This document shows positions 1-14,540 of a stretch of 64,000 nt of DNA, piece by piece (position 1 is the first letter of the stretch; each line of letters starts with the position of its first letter). Below the pieces are notes generated by a model. It was not told the DNA's origin. It saw only the letters and a list, made by a program, of their open reading frames with translations, and made no database searches. The translations under genes were made by a program, and so were the position numbers. Where the stretch lies: assembly GCF_006345805.1 (NCBI RefSeq), contig NC_043002.1, positions 70,742,001-70,806,000 of the forward strand, written 5' to 3'. The DNA is from Octopus sinensis. Taxonomy: Eukaryota.

Positions 1-2023
1 CTCAAGTCTGGGAAGAGGGCATTTTCAAGTTAAAGGAAAGATGGAGACGGATTGTGCAACAAAATGGTTAATATCTGGTTGCTTAAAAATGTAATGGCAT
101 GTATTTATTGACCTTTTTCTTTCCTTTAAATATTGGCACGAACTTTCCAGACAAACCAATATTATTCCGCTCTAATATCACTTCATTTTCGTTCCCATCA
201 TTTTCGAGGAAACACTTTTATAACCTTACAATCTTACATCTTATTACCTAATCTCTTTCTCCTTATTTGTAAATAAAACAATACAATCTGAAACTAACAA
301 GCTGTGTTCGTAAGTTGAATTCAGTTGTAATTCACATACTGACATTTCACACAAGTACACCTAATTAATTTTCTCATATGATATTTCTAAAATCTCATTT
401 TTCTCTCCAGAGTAAATTTAGAAACTTCGAGCTAAGTAATAACAAATCATTAATTTCGAACTTCTCGGCAAGTAACAACAACAGCAGATGCAGCAGCAGC
501 AGTGATATACTACCGTTTAACATTTACTGGCAGACTAACTAAAATGTAAGCGCTGATCTCTGCGTAAACGGGTATATTTACCGTGTTCTCTTAGTTTGAT
601 AGATTGCTCGCAATGTTACGCCAAAATTAATAAGCAAATGAAACGAACATAAAGTTATCTGTTTTCCCTCTCCTGAATGTTGAACAGTTGCCATTGGACA
701 CAAACAAATAACAAAGTGTCTGTGTTTTAAAAATGTTTCTCAATGATTCAAATGTTATTTGGTATAAAAAGTTGTTAGCTGAGGCATAATTTAACTGCCT
801 TCCATCTTATTAGTGTGTTGTGATGATTCACAAATATATTCGATATTCAGGAGTGGCTGTGCCAATCAAATTATTTTACGGATACATATACATACATACA
901 GATACCCACAGTTACGCAGTCACACACAACTATGTATATATATATGTGTGTGTGTGTGTGTGAGCTTCCGCGTTTATGTAGGTATACAATATGTACACGT
1001 GTATGTGTAAGTGCACTATAGACAGACACCACGCACACATCTCTCTCTCACACACATACCCATCGCACATGCACTCACACACACACACACACATATCTAA
1101 TCAAGATTGATTATAATTTTACGCATAAATTACTCCAATTTATTCAGTCGAGATTATTCATCGACTTCACATCAACAAATCAACAAATGCTACATTAAGA
1201 AAAATATAACACTTTCTTTTTTTGGGAGCGTATAATTCTATACATCAGAGTTAATTAATTAAACTCATTCCACGTTATAACTAGGATCCATTATCGAGAA
1301 TGTAAATCTGCATGCCTACAAACGCTGAAGCCGATTTGCTGTGAACGGCATAGCTCGCTAGTTTTCGGCATTGCTCTAGATATGTAATCCAGTTAGTTGA
1401 TAAAACAAAAGAAGTTTCGATCAGCTAATATTAAGCAAGCGATTTACTACATAAGAGATTTTATGGAGATGTTTCATATTATCTAAAAACGACAAGCAGT
1501 AAAAATAACACCAATGAGTTTAAATGACCAGTTTTTATTGAAATGCCGGCAGTTCGTCAAACTATTTAATTACTTCCTAAAATAGATGACGGTGTGTTTA
1601 TTTTAGTAAAGTAACCACTGAAATCTCTAGATATGTATGATTTTGTTTGATGTTAATTTCTTGGGAGTGATGAAATAGAAAATATGTCTGGTTTTGACTG
1701 ACATGTGAACATAAATAATGTTTCAGAAATACGTGAATATCATACAATTCTAATTTGAATAGATCCGTAAATCGCACAATTTATTCCTTCATAACATATC
1801 TGCAAGTAATCGTTCATGTGTACATGTCAAATATCAGGGAATAATGTTAATTATATAGTTTTAAGGATTATTCGAAATTAATATTGCTATGAGAACGGTA
1901 TTAACATGTTACGATGTTTTGTTCTATCGCCTATGAATGTTTTTTTTAATATTATAAACAAAATGGGTATGTCTCATCTTTAAAGCCAACTGGTGAATGC
2001 AGAATATTTATAAAACATCCCCA

Positions 2024-2410
2024 GGAGTGGCTGTGTGCTAAGTAGCTTGCTTACCAACCACATGGTTCCGGGTTCAGTCCCACTGTGTGGCACCTAGGCA
2101 AGCGTCTTCTGCTATAGCCTCGGGCTCACCAAAGCCTTGTGAGTGGATTCGGTTGATGGAAACTGAATGAAGCCCATCGTATATATGTATATGTATATAT
2201 ATATGTGTGTGTTTGTGTATCTGTGTTTGTCCCCCAACATCGCTTAACAACCGATGCCGGTGTGTTTACGTTCCCATAACTTAGCGGTTCGGCAAAAGGG
2301 ACCGATAGAATAAGTACTAGGCTTACAAAGAATAAGTCCTGGGGTCGATTTGCTCGACTAAAGGCGGTGCTCCATCATGGCCACAGTCACATGACTGAAA
2401 CAATTAAAAT
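2024..2410 (+). mobile_element. tRNA-derived SINE, family A (abundant octopus-type SINE), near full length
   Basis: Head GGAGTGGCTGTGTGCTAAG with A-box and B-box-like GGGTTCAGTCCC, body ctatagcctcggg...gtgagtggatt, internal (TA)/(TG) tract, tail ggcggtgctcc..catggcc.cagtcacatgactgaaac; same family recurs at least 7 more times in the window. Confidence 0.9.
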
Positions 2411-2929
2411 AATAACTAATATATTCTGCTCACCTGTTATGATTAAGAGTGATCATGTTTGAGCTTTCATATATCTCAGGACGAAGCCATGGCCTAGGGT
2501 AAAGAGTTTGTGGGAGACCAATAGGTTATTATTCATGCTAGTTTCCTCTGTTCATGTCATCGTTACTCTTCAAACAGAACGCAATGACAAATACATTTTG
2601 CCATTAGTGTTGTTGAAGAACGTTAAAAGAACTCTAAGAATCGAAAAGAGTTGCCGTAAATTACTATCTCTGATGCTTCAGTAACACTTGCCACCTTGAT
2701 TGATAGATTTTACACCTAATCAGAAGATTTCTAAAAGTCACGATCGTCTTGTTAGAAAGATGGATATTAGTTTTGAGTTGTGAACTAAAACTTTCTTCTC
2801 CGCTAGAGTAAATATATTTTATGCATATATATAATTTCAATGAAACCTTGACTTGGGTAGAAAATCATGTTTCTTGAAAAACAGAATGGCTTTTGCTCTC
2901 AATTGTAATATCTGTAAGATGTAATGTAG

Positions 2930-3260
2930 AAAACAATAAATTTTCTTTCACTGAAAATCCTGAAAAAAGAGAAAAACTGCCACCGTGTTTGATCTGTTTA
3001 CAAAAGAATCTAAGCCAAATGTTTGGAAGCCAACTCCTTCTAAACATTCGTGTATAGCACTCGCATGGGGAACAATTAGGTGAATATTTACAATTCACAT
3101 TCTGAAAAGACCCTTTTAAATATTAGTACCTTACTCTACTACCAACTTCATCATCACGTACATCAACGAAATTATAATTTTGGTTTCACACCACTAGCAT
3201 ACCAATCCTGGCATTTTCTCTTCTATTGCAGTCATGTCTTATGCTACGGCGGTAGCTTCT
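2930..3260 (+). pseudogene. Possible very old Buster/Charlie-like hAT transposase N-terminal relic
   Basis: Across frameshifts: FSFT...P.CLIC..., WKP..., H...H.E..EY, SY..A; loosely like the BED-finger region of Buster-type transposases. Weak, by eye only. Confidence 0.2.
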
Positions 3261-4256
3261 GTTCTTATCATACCTTCAATTCTTTTCCTCTCTTGTAGAT
3301 CTTTGTTTTTCTTTACACACAAGCTACAGTTTTCCATCTCCAATTCCCGAAACATTTCGTCTTTTCCAATTATTGACCACTTACTTTGACTTCAAACATA
3401 TCAAAGGTCAAAGGAAATGGTGTAAATTTTCTGCGACACAGTAGGTCTTTCCTTTACTTTCTAGCGACCATTAATACACATTTAGTAGATCATTGTGTAC
3501 TGAAGATCCGATGTATAAGTATTTACAAGTTTGCAGCTAATAAAAGGTAACCTCTCAAGGAACTAGATTGGTTCCGTTGATGTTTCTTCAGAATAAATGT
3601 GCTTTTATTACAATGCTATAAATATATATATATTTTCAAAATATTATCGTCTACGAAGCTCTTTCATGAAATCTGCGATTAAACGTTGTCATAAGTAACC
3701 TCTCTGGCCTCAGGAGACAAAATAGAAAACGCCTTGCCCTGGAGGATGACGTGGGAGATGCGCTGCAACACCCACTCTCACTCACGGGGACTCACACTTG
3801 CGGTTTCCATCTCCGATCCGATAGCGGTTAGAGGAATATGATCCGATGTTGTATGTCACTCAAAAGACGTCGTTATCTTGAAAAAATTGACAAAAATTTG
3901 TTAGAATTTTTAGCGTTCATTTATCTATCATTTCTTGGACTTGAAGCTTCGTATCATATCACAATGATAGCTTTCTATCTCATGTACACGCCACCAAATC
4001 TATTTCTTGACAAGATTCCCCCATTACCCGTTCCTCCTCACCACTTCCCTATTAATTAACGATCTACTTGTTACCTCCAACATTGAGTTTTCGTGTCGAT
4101 CCCGCATAAATAAATTAGCTTCCAAATTCTAGAATTCCTCTTCAGGCTCCACACAGCCTTTATTGCCGAAATCCGAAAGAAGGCCATCCATCTGATAGTT
4201 AAAAACGCAGTCATTAGCACCTAGCAACTTCTGGACTTGGGTTGTCTTTTCTCACG

Positions 4257-4260
4257 CTTT

Positions 4261-4296
<36 letters not shown>

Positions 4297-4405
4297 TCCG
4301 TGTTTCTTTCCGTTCTTTCTCCCTTCTTCCGTCCCTTCATTCTTTCCTTCTTTCTTTCCTTCTTTCCCTCCTTCTTTCCTTCTTTCTTACGCTTCTTTGT
4401 TTCGT
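4257..4405. repeat. (TTTC)n/(TTCC)n microsatellite
   Basis: Directly visible. Confidence 0.95.
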
Positions 4406-6137
4406 TTCTATTGCAAACGCCTGAAGAAAGTAGTTACTAATACATCCATCTAGATAGATGTATAAGTAACTATTACTATTTATACGTAACTATTTATTTT
4501 CCTCTGAAGAAAATAGCTACATATACATTTATCTACGACACCCAACAAAGTCATGCTTCCACTTCGCACGATTCCTACTATTTACCATTCTCCAGAAACT
4601 GTATTAATTGCCTTCCAACAATTCTTCCCCAGAACGTCGTCTTTTAAGTACCTCTCTATGCAACTCATTTGTTCAACCGTTAGTTTACAGGTGTTTAATT
4701 CAAATCGTATAAATCTCATAAGCGTCGGATAACCTCTAACGGCAACAAACACAACCCCCCACCTCTAGACTACAGCACAAAAAGACAAGCAAATGGCAAA
4801 CACGTTTTCATACATAAATAATTGATACTTTAATACCTTGCGTAAACGATTCTAGTTAAACTTCATTATTCGCATTTTTATTGCACATACATGCTTTTAT
4901 GCAGATATTTATTAATGTGTATGCATATGAGTTGAAACTTTATATCATTTTAACAAATCAAGTTTGTTTCTCTTCTTTCCATCTTATTTCATGTGAAAAA
5001 TTTAAATCTTAACTAGCAATGGAAGTTAATCAAAATCTTGTCGAAGAGAATAAAAAACGAAACGAAACAAACAAAAAAATCATGCACAGTGAGCTTTTGA
5101 ACAAGTTAGCTTTTATCTAACACTTCAACGACTTCTAATAATTATTCCGAAACTTAATGATCAGGACATTGACTATACCTAACCAAATAATGCTATAGTT
5201 AATGATTCCTCGTCGCATCTTCGTACAAACCTCAGTGAAGTTCTTATTAATTAAGAGATGTTATCAAGGATATTATTTCCTTTTTTGTTTTGTTTTTTTA
5301 AACAAAGAACAGATGAAGAAAAAAAAACAACATAAATATTTAATTAATGTGATTTCGTTGAATATAGTTAATTTCGAATTCTTTGGAAATTATTCTATTA
5401 CCCCCTCCCATTCATTGATGTCGTCAGCTTGATTAAGTCAATGTTACGGCTATCATTAGAGAAATTCATTTATTCAAATGATGGTTTCCGACGACCATTA
5501 ATTAAATGGTCAGTAAAATTGACGACAGGTTCATGAATAAATCACACACCTACACTGAATATATATAAACACTAACACACGCATATCCACAAGTACGCCC
5601 ATTCACATACACATGCATACACACACTAAACTCTAACCATATAAACACAAAGACAGCTGCATAAATACACCAACCTCCCCCTGTCTATCTATCTCTACCT
5701 CTCTCTGTCTCTCCCTTTGTCTCTCATTTTATATATATGCACATGTGCGTGTCTGTGTGAGGGAAGGTTTATATATCTGTATATGTGTGTATGTATGTAT
5801 GAGTTTTTGTGTTCACCGTAAACATAGACAGACATTGACACACATGCACAAGACATATTTATACACACACAATTACAAAACATACACAATAAATTGATAC
5901 AGACGTCTAGGAAATGAGCTATATTTAAGCGCTTACACTCTTAAAATACATAAACGCAAAGACACAGCTCCGCGGATACAGTGTTACTCACACATTCTAA
6001 AAATACGTAAACAGACACATATCCACAAATACATATGCGCATATATAAACACACGCACTCACACACATCAGCACATAAACACAAATACGTAAGTATGTAT
6101 ATATATGCGTGTGTATGTGCATGTGTGTATATATATG

Positions 6138-6171
<34 letters not shown>

Positions 6172-6960
6172 CGCTCACTCATACTGAAGCGATATAAACA
6201 CTGTGATGTCTTCAAATATGTGTATTTTTACACTCACACAATACGTATGCATATAAAAAAGATCCACTCCACAAAACACGTTTTTACATACACATAGAAC
6301 ACGAAATTAGTTATAGAAATAGGAAATATTATTACATCACACAGTTACCTCAGCACACTTCATTTATCTCTTGTGATTTTTCGACCAGTATGTTTCACTT
6401 ACAAAACTGAGGCTAAGCTATAACTCTTAGTAGTCGTACGACCTGCTAAAAATACCACAAATATTTATCGCAAATCACACATTACTGTCTCATACTATGT
6501 TGTACTCGATAAAGTATTTATAAAATAATCGGTATGAATGGGTGACCACGGCTGGAACGGTTTAGATAGAAAATTTTCTAGGTCAAGGCTGCCCTGATAT
6601 ACCACTGTCAACATAAGTCGTCAAGTTAAAATGCGTGTCTCTACCCGGTCATTCGTTCAACCAGAAATAGCAATGACATTTCTTCAAATCAAAACCTAAC
6701 GTTTTCCAAATGGAATCACTCATTGACCAGTATATTGTAGAAATGCAGAAAGAGTTCATCAGAAGAGTGGGGGACCACACTCATGACATTTAAGCTATGC
6801 TTTCATGACTGACGCGTGGCTCAATGAAGAAATCGCGAGATTTTTACTTTCTCATGAGAAATGGCATTTCATCATCAGCGAACTCAATCCGGGCTCATTT
6901 TGGGCTAAACAAGTACAAAAACAACTGAAACAACATTTGCCGCAACAGCGACAACAGAGG

Positions 6961-7150
6961 AGGCGCAATGACCCAGTGGTTAGGGCAGCGGATCGCGGTC
7001 GTGAGAACGCGATTTTGATTCCCAAACTGGACATTGTGTTTGTTGAGCAAAAGCAGCTAAGCTCCACGAGGCTCCGGCCGGCGGGGGATGGTTGTGAACC
7101 CCGCTGTACTCTTTCACCACAACTTTCTCTCACTCTTTCTTCCTACTTCT
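6961..7150 (+). mobile_element. tRNA-derived SINE, family B
   Basis: GGCGCAATGACCCAGTGGTTAGGGCAGCGG head and body gctccacgaggctccgg...ctgtactctttcaccacaactttctctcactc; homologues at 39897 and 45663. Confidence 0.85.
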
Positions 7151-7434
7151 GCCACAAAGCAGAGGAACTATGGTGCAACCCACTATGGTGTGGTAAAATT
7201 TCAGACCCTAGTCTAGATTGCGAATCCTCTGTACCCCAGAATGGTTCAACTCTCCACCCGTTAAAAGCCCCCGTTTACGGAATGAAGATAACAACGTAGC
7301 TTTCGCGCCGGTGCAACCGCCAGTCTATCGCGTGTGGTGGGTGGATCTTCAAGTTGCCACACGCATTCTTAGTAGCTTAGAGTAGGCTCGAATTAGAGAT
7401 TATTCTTTGTGGCTAATGGCGTGAGTATCGATTG

Positions 7435-7479
7435 GAAGAAGAAGAAGAAGAAGAAGAAGAAGAAGAAGAAGAAGAAGAA

Positions 7480-7555
<76 letters not shown>

Positions 7556-7563
7556 AAGAAGAA
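7435..7563. repeat. Compound microsatellite (GAA)16(TAA)15(GAA)12
   Basis: Directly counted. Confidence 0.95.
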
Positions 7564-8594
7564 ACAACATGAGTGATAAATTTCTTCATTTCGTTCTGTG
7601 AATTTTATTTAGAATTTTGTTGCGTTTGCTGTTGATGATGTTTAATTTCTGGTAAAGTGAGACTCCCTAAAAATGACTTCTGTATTTTTAAGGGTGTCCT
7701 CTTTCTTATAAGTATCCTCTCAAGATCTTTGATCTGAGAATAACTTGCAGTATAATATATAGCTCCATTCTCCATTTCCTATATCAATCACGGATACACT
7801 TTTAGAAAAACGGTAACATCAAATCTGTTCTCTCAATTTAAACAAAATAGATTATCATTGGAGAGGGACTTATCTGCTATTTTTGAAGGATAGAGCAATC
7901 TTGTTGAAGCTTGTCCATTAGTGAAACAACCAATGGTAAAGGTATGCGTGCCATTTCCACCATCACAGAAAAATCAATCAATCAACCAATCAATCTATCA
8001 ATCAAAAAATCAATCAATTGCAGGTGTCATTACTATAATATCCAATGTTAATCGACATCTGGTAAGACTGAAGCACGTAGTATTCCATATGCTCAGTCCC
8101 TCCAATGAAACAATCAAACGAGAAAGCCAGAAATATATGTAATCTTCTCTACCATTGGCAAACCCAAACTGTATACAGTTAGTCAGTTCATCTCTTCACG
8201 TTATACAATTTCCTGTCTGCAGCTGCGAAAACCAAACTTGTTACACAACATTTACAACCATTATCGTAAATCTCTCTCGTAAGCGCTACTGAAATTATTA
8301 AGAGTTAACGTAGAGCCTCTACACGATGACACAATCTGCTAAAAATATCGGCCATTCCATAAATATCCTCGAATCCTCAGTGGAGTACGTCTTAAAATAT
8401 AATTTGTGGAACTGCACGGCAGATATTAACACGAGGTCAGAGAGACGAACAGTTCGGCCGATTATATTCACAGTTACATTCAAATGTCCTCGTTCTGGCG
8501 CGCTAAATTCCCGGATATAAATGCTGCATAAGTAATTTACTGCAGTAGTTTACACCGGTTTGAGAGCTTACGTTGAATTATTTCTTGAGAACAA

Positions 8595-9144
<550 letters not shown>

Positions 9145-9599
9145 GTAAATGAGTGGAAATGTTACCGATGAGTGTGTTAAATTATAAGGCACTTTTATAT
9201 CTTATATATATATATATTTCCCTCTGACCGTCTCCCCGGCTGTCACAGTATTATATCTAACCATCTAACCATGTACACTTATTTAGATATATATGGAATT
9301 CATTGGTAGAGCTGTACATGTGTGGTTATATCAATGCCCGTTTGTGTGTGTGTTTCTTAAGAAAGCTTCCATGCAGATTTGCCAAACGTATTTTGATGAA
9401 AGTACCAAATTTACCAAAATGAAAGTGTCAGATTTTGCTCATAAAGTACCGAAATGTAAATGTGTAATATTGTGCCTATAAATCAACTGAAATGCATAAT
9501 ATATGTTATTTATAATATTCAGGGTGTTACTTTAAATGACTTGCATATATTTAATGTACTCACTTTATAATTAAAAGTTTGCCTCGTCAACAGAGTGAG

Positions 9600-11634
9600 A
9601 TTCCTCTTTGTACCAATGACCTTGTCCTTCTTTTAATTTAGCACAAATCTTTGCATCGGGTGTATAAGTTGTGCAGTTTAGATCATGAAGGTATAGTGAA
9701 TATAGCAGAGTATTGATTGTTTGGGTATGCTGTTTAGATCTATACTTGATTTTAATGTTCTTTAGGACTGACAATATTCTTTTCGCCGTAGAAGAAGAAT
9801 GTGGTAATGCCAGGAGTCGAAACATAAAGGATCATAGGACCGGATAACGTACTTCATCTCCACATTTTCCTTTAGAAATGTTTTGCCAATAATCTCCTGA
9901 TTTGGTAGCTTTATTTGTGTCATTGTTATCTTGATGTTTAAGGTCTGTTAATTGTTTACTAAGAGCTTCAATCTGACTCTCCTGAACAATATTTGGAAAT
10001 TTGCACGCCAGAGGAACAACTGAACTTCGATCATTGTAATCATTGTAATCACGAATACTAACCAGGTCTAGTACCTCTAGAAGCTTCAGATTATGGAAGA
10101 AGTCCTGTCCAAAGAAACGCTGACATATTCCTTCCCAAGGCGCACATAAAAATTTAATGTTTTCACATGGGATTGTTTAATTTCACTTGTACTAATAGCT
10201 GAATCCTTCTTTATGTAGATGCTTTCAACTTTTGCTCCTCTATAAATTTCAATTTTGGAAAAATACATTGATGGATCATTGATGTTAATTTCATGTAGCT
10301 CTTTATTTTTCAGAATCTATATTTTTAAAGAAAATTACCAAGCATTCCCTTAACACTACATGTAACAGATTTGTGCAGTTTTTGCATTCTATAGATTTCT
10401 GATTTGAAATCTAAGTTCAACTTAATAATATCTGGCAAAATATATGCTAAAAATCCATCTCTGTGATTGGATTTGTTAATGAGTTCAGCACATTTGAAGC
10501 TGCACTGTTTTTTGTTTTATTTTCAATAGCAGTTGTAGTAAAGAAAAACACTTAGAGCAGGCCACTTTTCTAGCATTCCTTTGGCAATTTTTTCTAAAGA
10601 TAGCCGCCTTGTGCAACTTACATGTAATAAGTTATGAGGATTTGTTTGAGTAAATGCCGCAATTCTTCATATTCCTGCAGGTCTCTTTCGGCTATTTGAG
10701 AGGAATGAATGTATACTTCGAGCAATTTCTTCTTAATATGAAAGTAATTCTGAACATGCATTCGATGCACATATATGCATAGAGTGACATACACAACCCT
10801 GAATAAAGAGAAAAGTAACTTTCTTCTTCTGTGATGCCTGCACACCACCCTTCTGTCCCATCATTCCACTAGCATTATCACTCGCAAATCCTATCACATT
10901 TTCAAAAGGAATATCATGTAAGGTGAGGAATCTTTCAATAGAGGAAAAAAATGCATTAACAGAGCAATCCTTGGCTTCCAAAAGAATTAAGTAACTATTA
11001 ATAATTCCTTGAGTGCTACAATCATAAAATCTAGCTAACAGAACAAGCTGTTTATTTGTACTTACATCAGATGTTTCATCAACAATTAATGAAAATTTGC
11101 AGTCTTTGAAACGTTTTATGAGGTTTTCAATGTAATAAGGACCTAAAACATTCTTATATAATTGAGTGGCTTAGGTTCTTGCACATCTAATATCTTTAAC
11201 TATTTTGGAATCAGGACATGAATTTCTGAATTTGTCCAGGTAAATGATCCATAAGTCTCACTGGTAAATTGTTCTGCAATGAAGGAACAAAGCTTAAGCT
11301 TCGCAGTTGCAACGTTTGTAATATGAACAGAAGTTGTTGGCTGCAAAAAGTCGGTCAGTTTTCCACTTTTATTTTCTGAATTAACATTTTAAATACGTTT
11401 ATCCGTTTTTCCGTGACTCTCCAGATGAGTTACACTGAATTGAATTTCACGACAAAATTTACAGTATGCTCTTTCGATATGTGTTTTACTTGGTTCTAAC
11501 CATGATGAGAATCGAGAATCCAATAAAAGTTTGTTTGATAATTTTTGATTATATTGTTTAATTCTTTTCTTTGGCAGAGTTAAACTTAAGTCAATTTCAT
11601 TATTGCTTTTATCTTTCGTATTCTTGCTCATCAT
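9600..11634 (-). pseudogene. hAT transposase pseudogene (many stops and frameshifts)
   Basis: BED-like CKFC...H, FSLIVDETSD (first catalytic D), FASDNASGMMG, CVCHSMH (CxxH), and dimerisation-domain LALPHSSSTAKRILS. Confidence 0.9.
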
Positions 11635-11929
11635 AAGGGTTATAAAGCATTCATAATTGATAAAAGTTTAACGAGATAGAAAAGAAGCATTTATCACTTA
11701 TGTATAAACCATGCTACAGACTGGCATTAGAGGCGGAAAACCAGCGATATTGGATGGTACGTATGATACATGTATTGAACACGTTCTATTCCAATAAACT
11801 GCCTCGGTATAAAATGTCGCAAAATATATTTTGATATCAAATAGTCCAGTTGTAATGTAACGTATTTATTATTAATTTGTTCACTTGCATATGATGTTTT
11901 GTAAACAACTTGCACACGCAAGTGCTACC

Positions 11930-13350
11930 AGTCGAGAACTTCACATAACGGAAGCCAGCAAATGTATAGGGTCATCAAGAGAGAATGGGCGCCATTTCGG
12001 GGCCTACCTTTCGACAACAACAATGCGCACCGATTCCCCTCACTGATATGAAGCCCTACTTGCCAGATCAACTGGTTATCAAATAAAGCTCAATATTCTT
12101 TTACCCATCGTTCATCGTCTCTTTTCAACCAAATCCAGTGTCTAGCCTTTTCCACTGTAGTTTGGATATTAGTCATGGTGGTATTGAGTTTACGATAGTT
12201 TAGGCCTAACGATAATAACAGTCATACTGTGTCCAACAAACCCTCTACATCCGACTTCGATTGGAAAATGCTCCACTTTCCAGCCTGCATCTTCACATCC
12301 CTCGAGGAGGTTTACATAACGGTTAATCTTTCGAGCCCGAGTGGTGTCTATGTTATCTTCTTGAGGAACAGTTAACTCGAATAGATTCACAACTTTCTTT
12401 CTTTCACATCACATTTAAATGTCTGGTGTTTTCATAACTGGGATGGGAAAGAGTCCCATGCACCCTGGTAAATCTGCAGTCATCTTCCAATAGTCGTTCC
12501 ACTTTTCATCGTTCACAGAAAGTTTGTTGTTCTTCTTGAAACGGATCCGCTTTCCTGCGCGCACGAAGGTAATGAAATCTCTAGTTGGTACATTCAATGA
12601 TTTTTTTCTCTTATACCTGTTCAATGCTGGTGAACATTTGGAAAGAATATGTTTCAGTGTTCCGACCTTTCCGCATTTGTATATATCATTCTCTGAGACG
12701 TTCAGTTCCATCTTACTAGATTTGCAGGTGATGGCAAAACATTATCAAGATGACCGGGTCAGAATACATATCTGAGATGTGGTCCACCTCCATGCCTCAT
12801 CCCAACTTATTTTCCTCTCAAGAATATGCCCCTCGCATCTTGTCATCTCTCCTTGTTGAAAGTATTGGATCAAATGAAACTCTCTGCTTCCTTCATTTTG
12901 ACACTGTTGCAAACAACAGATGTACGTTCGTTCCGCATCATACTTGCAAACGGTCTGAACCGATCTGCGCCAAAACCACCATATCTCGGTGTGTAAGAGA
13001 AGACAGAATATCGTCAGTCTCTGCTTCTGCTTTCCACTTCCTGGCTGTTTTTCGCATCTGGTGGATTACGCCCGATATCGATGTCCTCCGACTCTCTCAG
13101 CATCACCACCGTTTGTGCCATCCCTATTTTATATTTTTCAACTATTGATTTCAGTGGTAACTGCAACGAGCTTCTTTTACGATAAAGAGCTGAAATTCTT
13201 AATACCCGAGGTAGACATAGCCACTTTCTAATTTACAGTTTTGTTCAATGATTTCAACTTGTGACAATGCTATCTCGTATATTAAAATTGGCCTCGAAAG
13301 TCGTGAATACAAACCGAACTGTAAACGTAATTTTGACATAAAGTGAAAAG
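11930..13350 (-). mobile_element. Hero-clade (RLE-type) non-LTR retrotransposon 3' fragment nested in the hAT
   Basis: Post-RT IYEIALSQVE..RKWL.LP..ALY....LQLP, ARKWKA, zinc knuckle CGKVGTLKHILSKC, PDI...ELTVPQE...RK...PIEVGCRGF, C-terminal WIWLKRDDERW with stop at 12090-12092. Confidence 0.8.
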
Positions 13351-14389
13351 ATTTTAAAAACAAGAAACAAATTATCGCAGCATATTTCCAAAAGTATTAC
13401 AGTACACTAAAATTACCAAATTTGGTATAATACTACCAGGTTCGGCAAGCCTGCTTCCATGTACTTAATAATATATGAAAATGCGTATAACATACATATG
13501 TTTAGACCAATCATCAGAGACAGAGATAAGGTTATACTTATCTTATAGTCCCATCCCCGTAAATTCCTGAAAAGCCTACCTGATATTTAAGTTAGAGCAT
13601 TGTTGTACAACAGATACAATAATCTTGAGTGCAAACAATTCGTTTACTTTTTTTTATACGTTCTTCAAAACATTCCTTCACTTTTTGAAAGAAGATTTTT
13701 ATTCGCAACTCCATATTTTCTGATCTTCGATCCGTTCATGCGATATTGATTTATTTAGTCATGAATCTCCCTCGAATATACAGAAATGTATGATAAAAAT
13801 TTATTCGGTTGAGCTCATTCTCAATACGCACGGCTATAGTAAAGGTGAATAAGGGGAATACTTAGTAATACGGTGAATACTTCACTAAACATTCCTCAAT
13901 TATCGTTCTTCAAGCAAATACTTTTTTGATCTGCAACATAAGTCATACCACGGAGAGAAACCTCTGGAGTATTGCACCAAATATATAATTGTTATTATTA
14001 GCAATTTCATTTGATTCTTAACGCCACATAGGATCACATAGATATGGCATTAAAATCCCTTCTTTCCAATGTTCCTTAGTCTTTCAAAATTTCCATCTGC
14101 GTGAGAGTAAAATTAGAAATATGTGATTCGTGACACAATGCACGCAATGTTTCTTTGATCCATATTTAGATTATTGATACGTACGTGATGTCCGTGAAGA
14201 AACTGGACTTTATTTTTGACAACTAAATGTCTATTTATGCAATCCATCACAGATGAAACGCAATATCGACCCACATTATTATGGTTGTCAGAAATTGGTG
14301 CGCCAAACAATCAAACGCAATAATAATGATAACTAATTTAGATAAAAGATCACAAAATTACGAAGGTTAGATTTAGAGCCTATTAAATG

Positions 14390-14540
14390 GTGGACAGTAA
14401 TTAAAATACAGGAAGTAGGTTATTTTATCGAAGTGGGAAGGATTAAATACAAAGTTCACCGTGATTCGAACTGGAAAAGTATTTGTTTTGGTACTGAATA
14501 TCGCAAAAGATTTCGTCTGTTGACTGATCTTGTAGCTAGA
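14390..14540 (-). mobile_element. Degenerate family D SINE
   Basis: Resembles the reverse complement of the family D body (55180-55410). Confidence 0.35.

Larger units (their letters stand above)
9374..13453 (-). mobile_element. hAT DNA transposon, both ends present, non-functional, with nested LINE
   Basis: Exact 8-bp TSD CTTCCATG at 9366-9373 and 13454-13461; imperfect 14-bp TIRs CAGATTTGCCAAAC / CAGGCTTGCCGAAC (11/14); subterminal TACCAAA motifs at both ends; transposase relic inside. Confidence 0.9.

Noticed and set aside
2865-3098. LFSGFSVKENLLF resembling an ABC-transporter segment
   Set aside because: No Walker A/B or signature motif nearby, no splice context; likely chance.
4421-4535. 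Two CTGAAGA motifs around a hairpin
   Set aside because: No GAAA/stem III follows; it is just a roughly 32-bp degenerate direct repeat.
6805-7299. 164-aa ORF
   Set aside because: Runs through a family B SINE; no protein motif.
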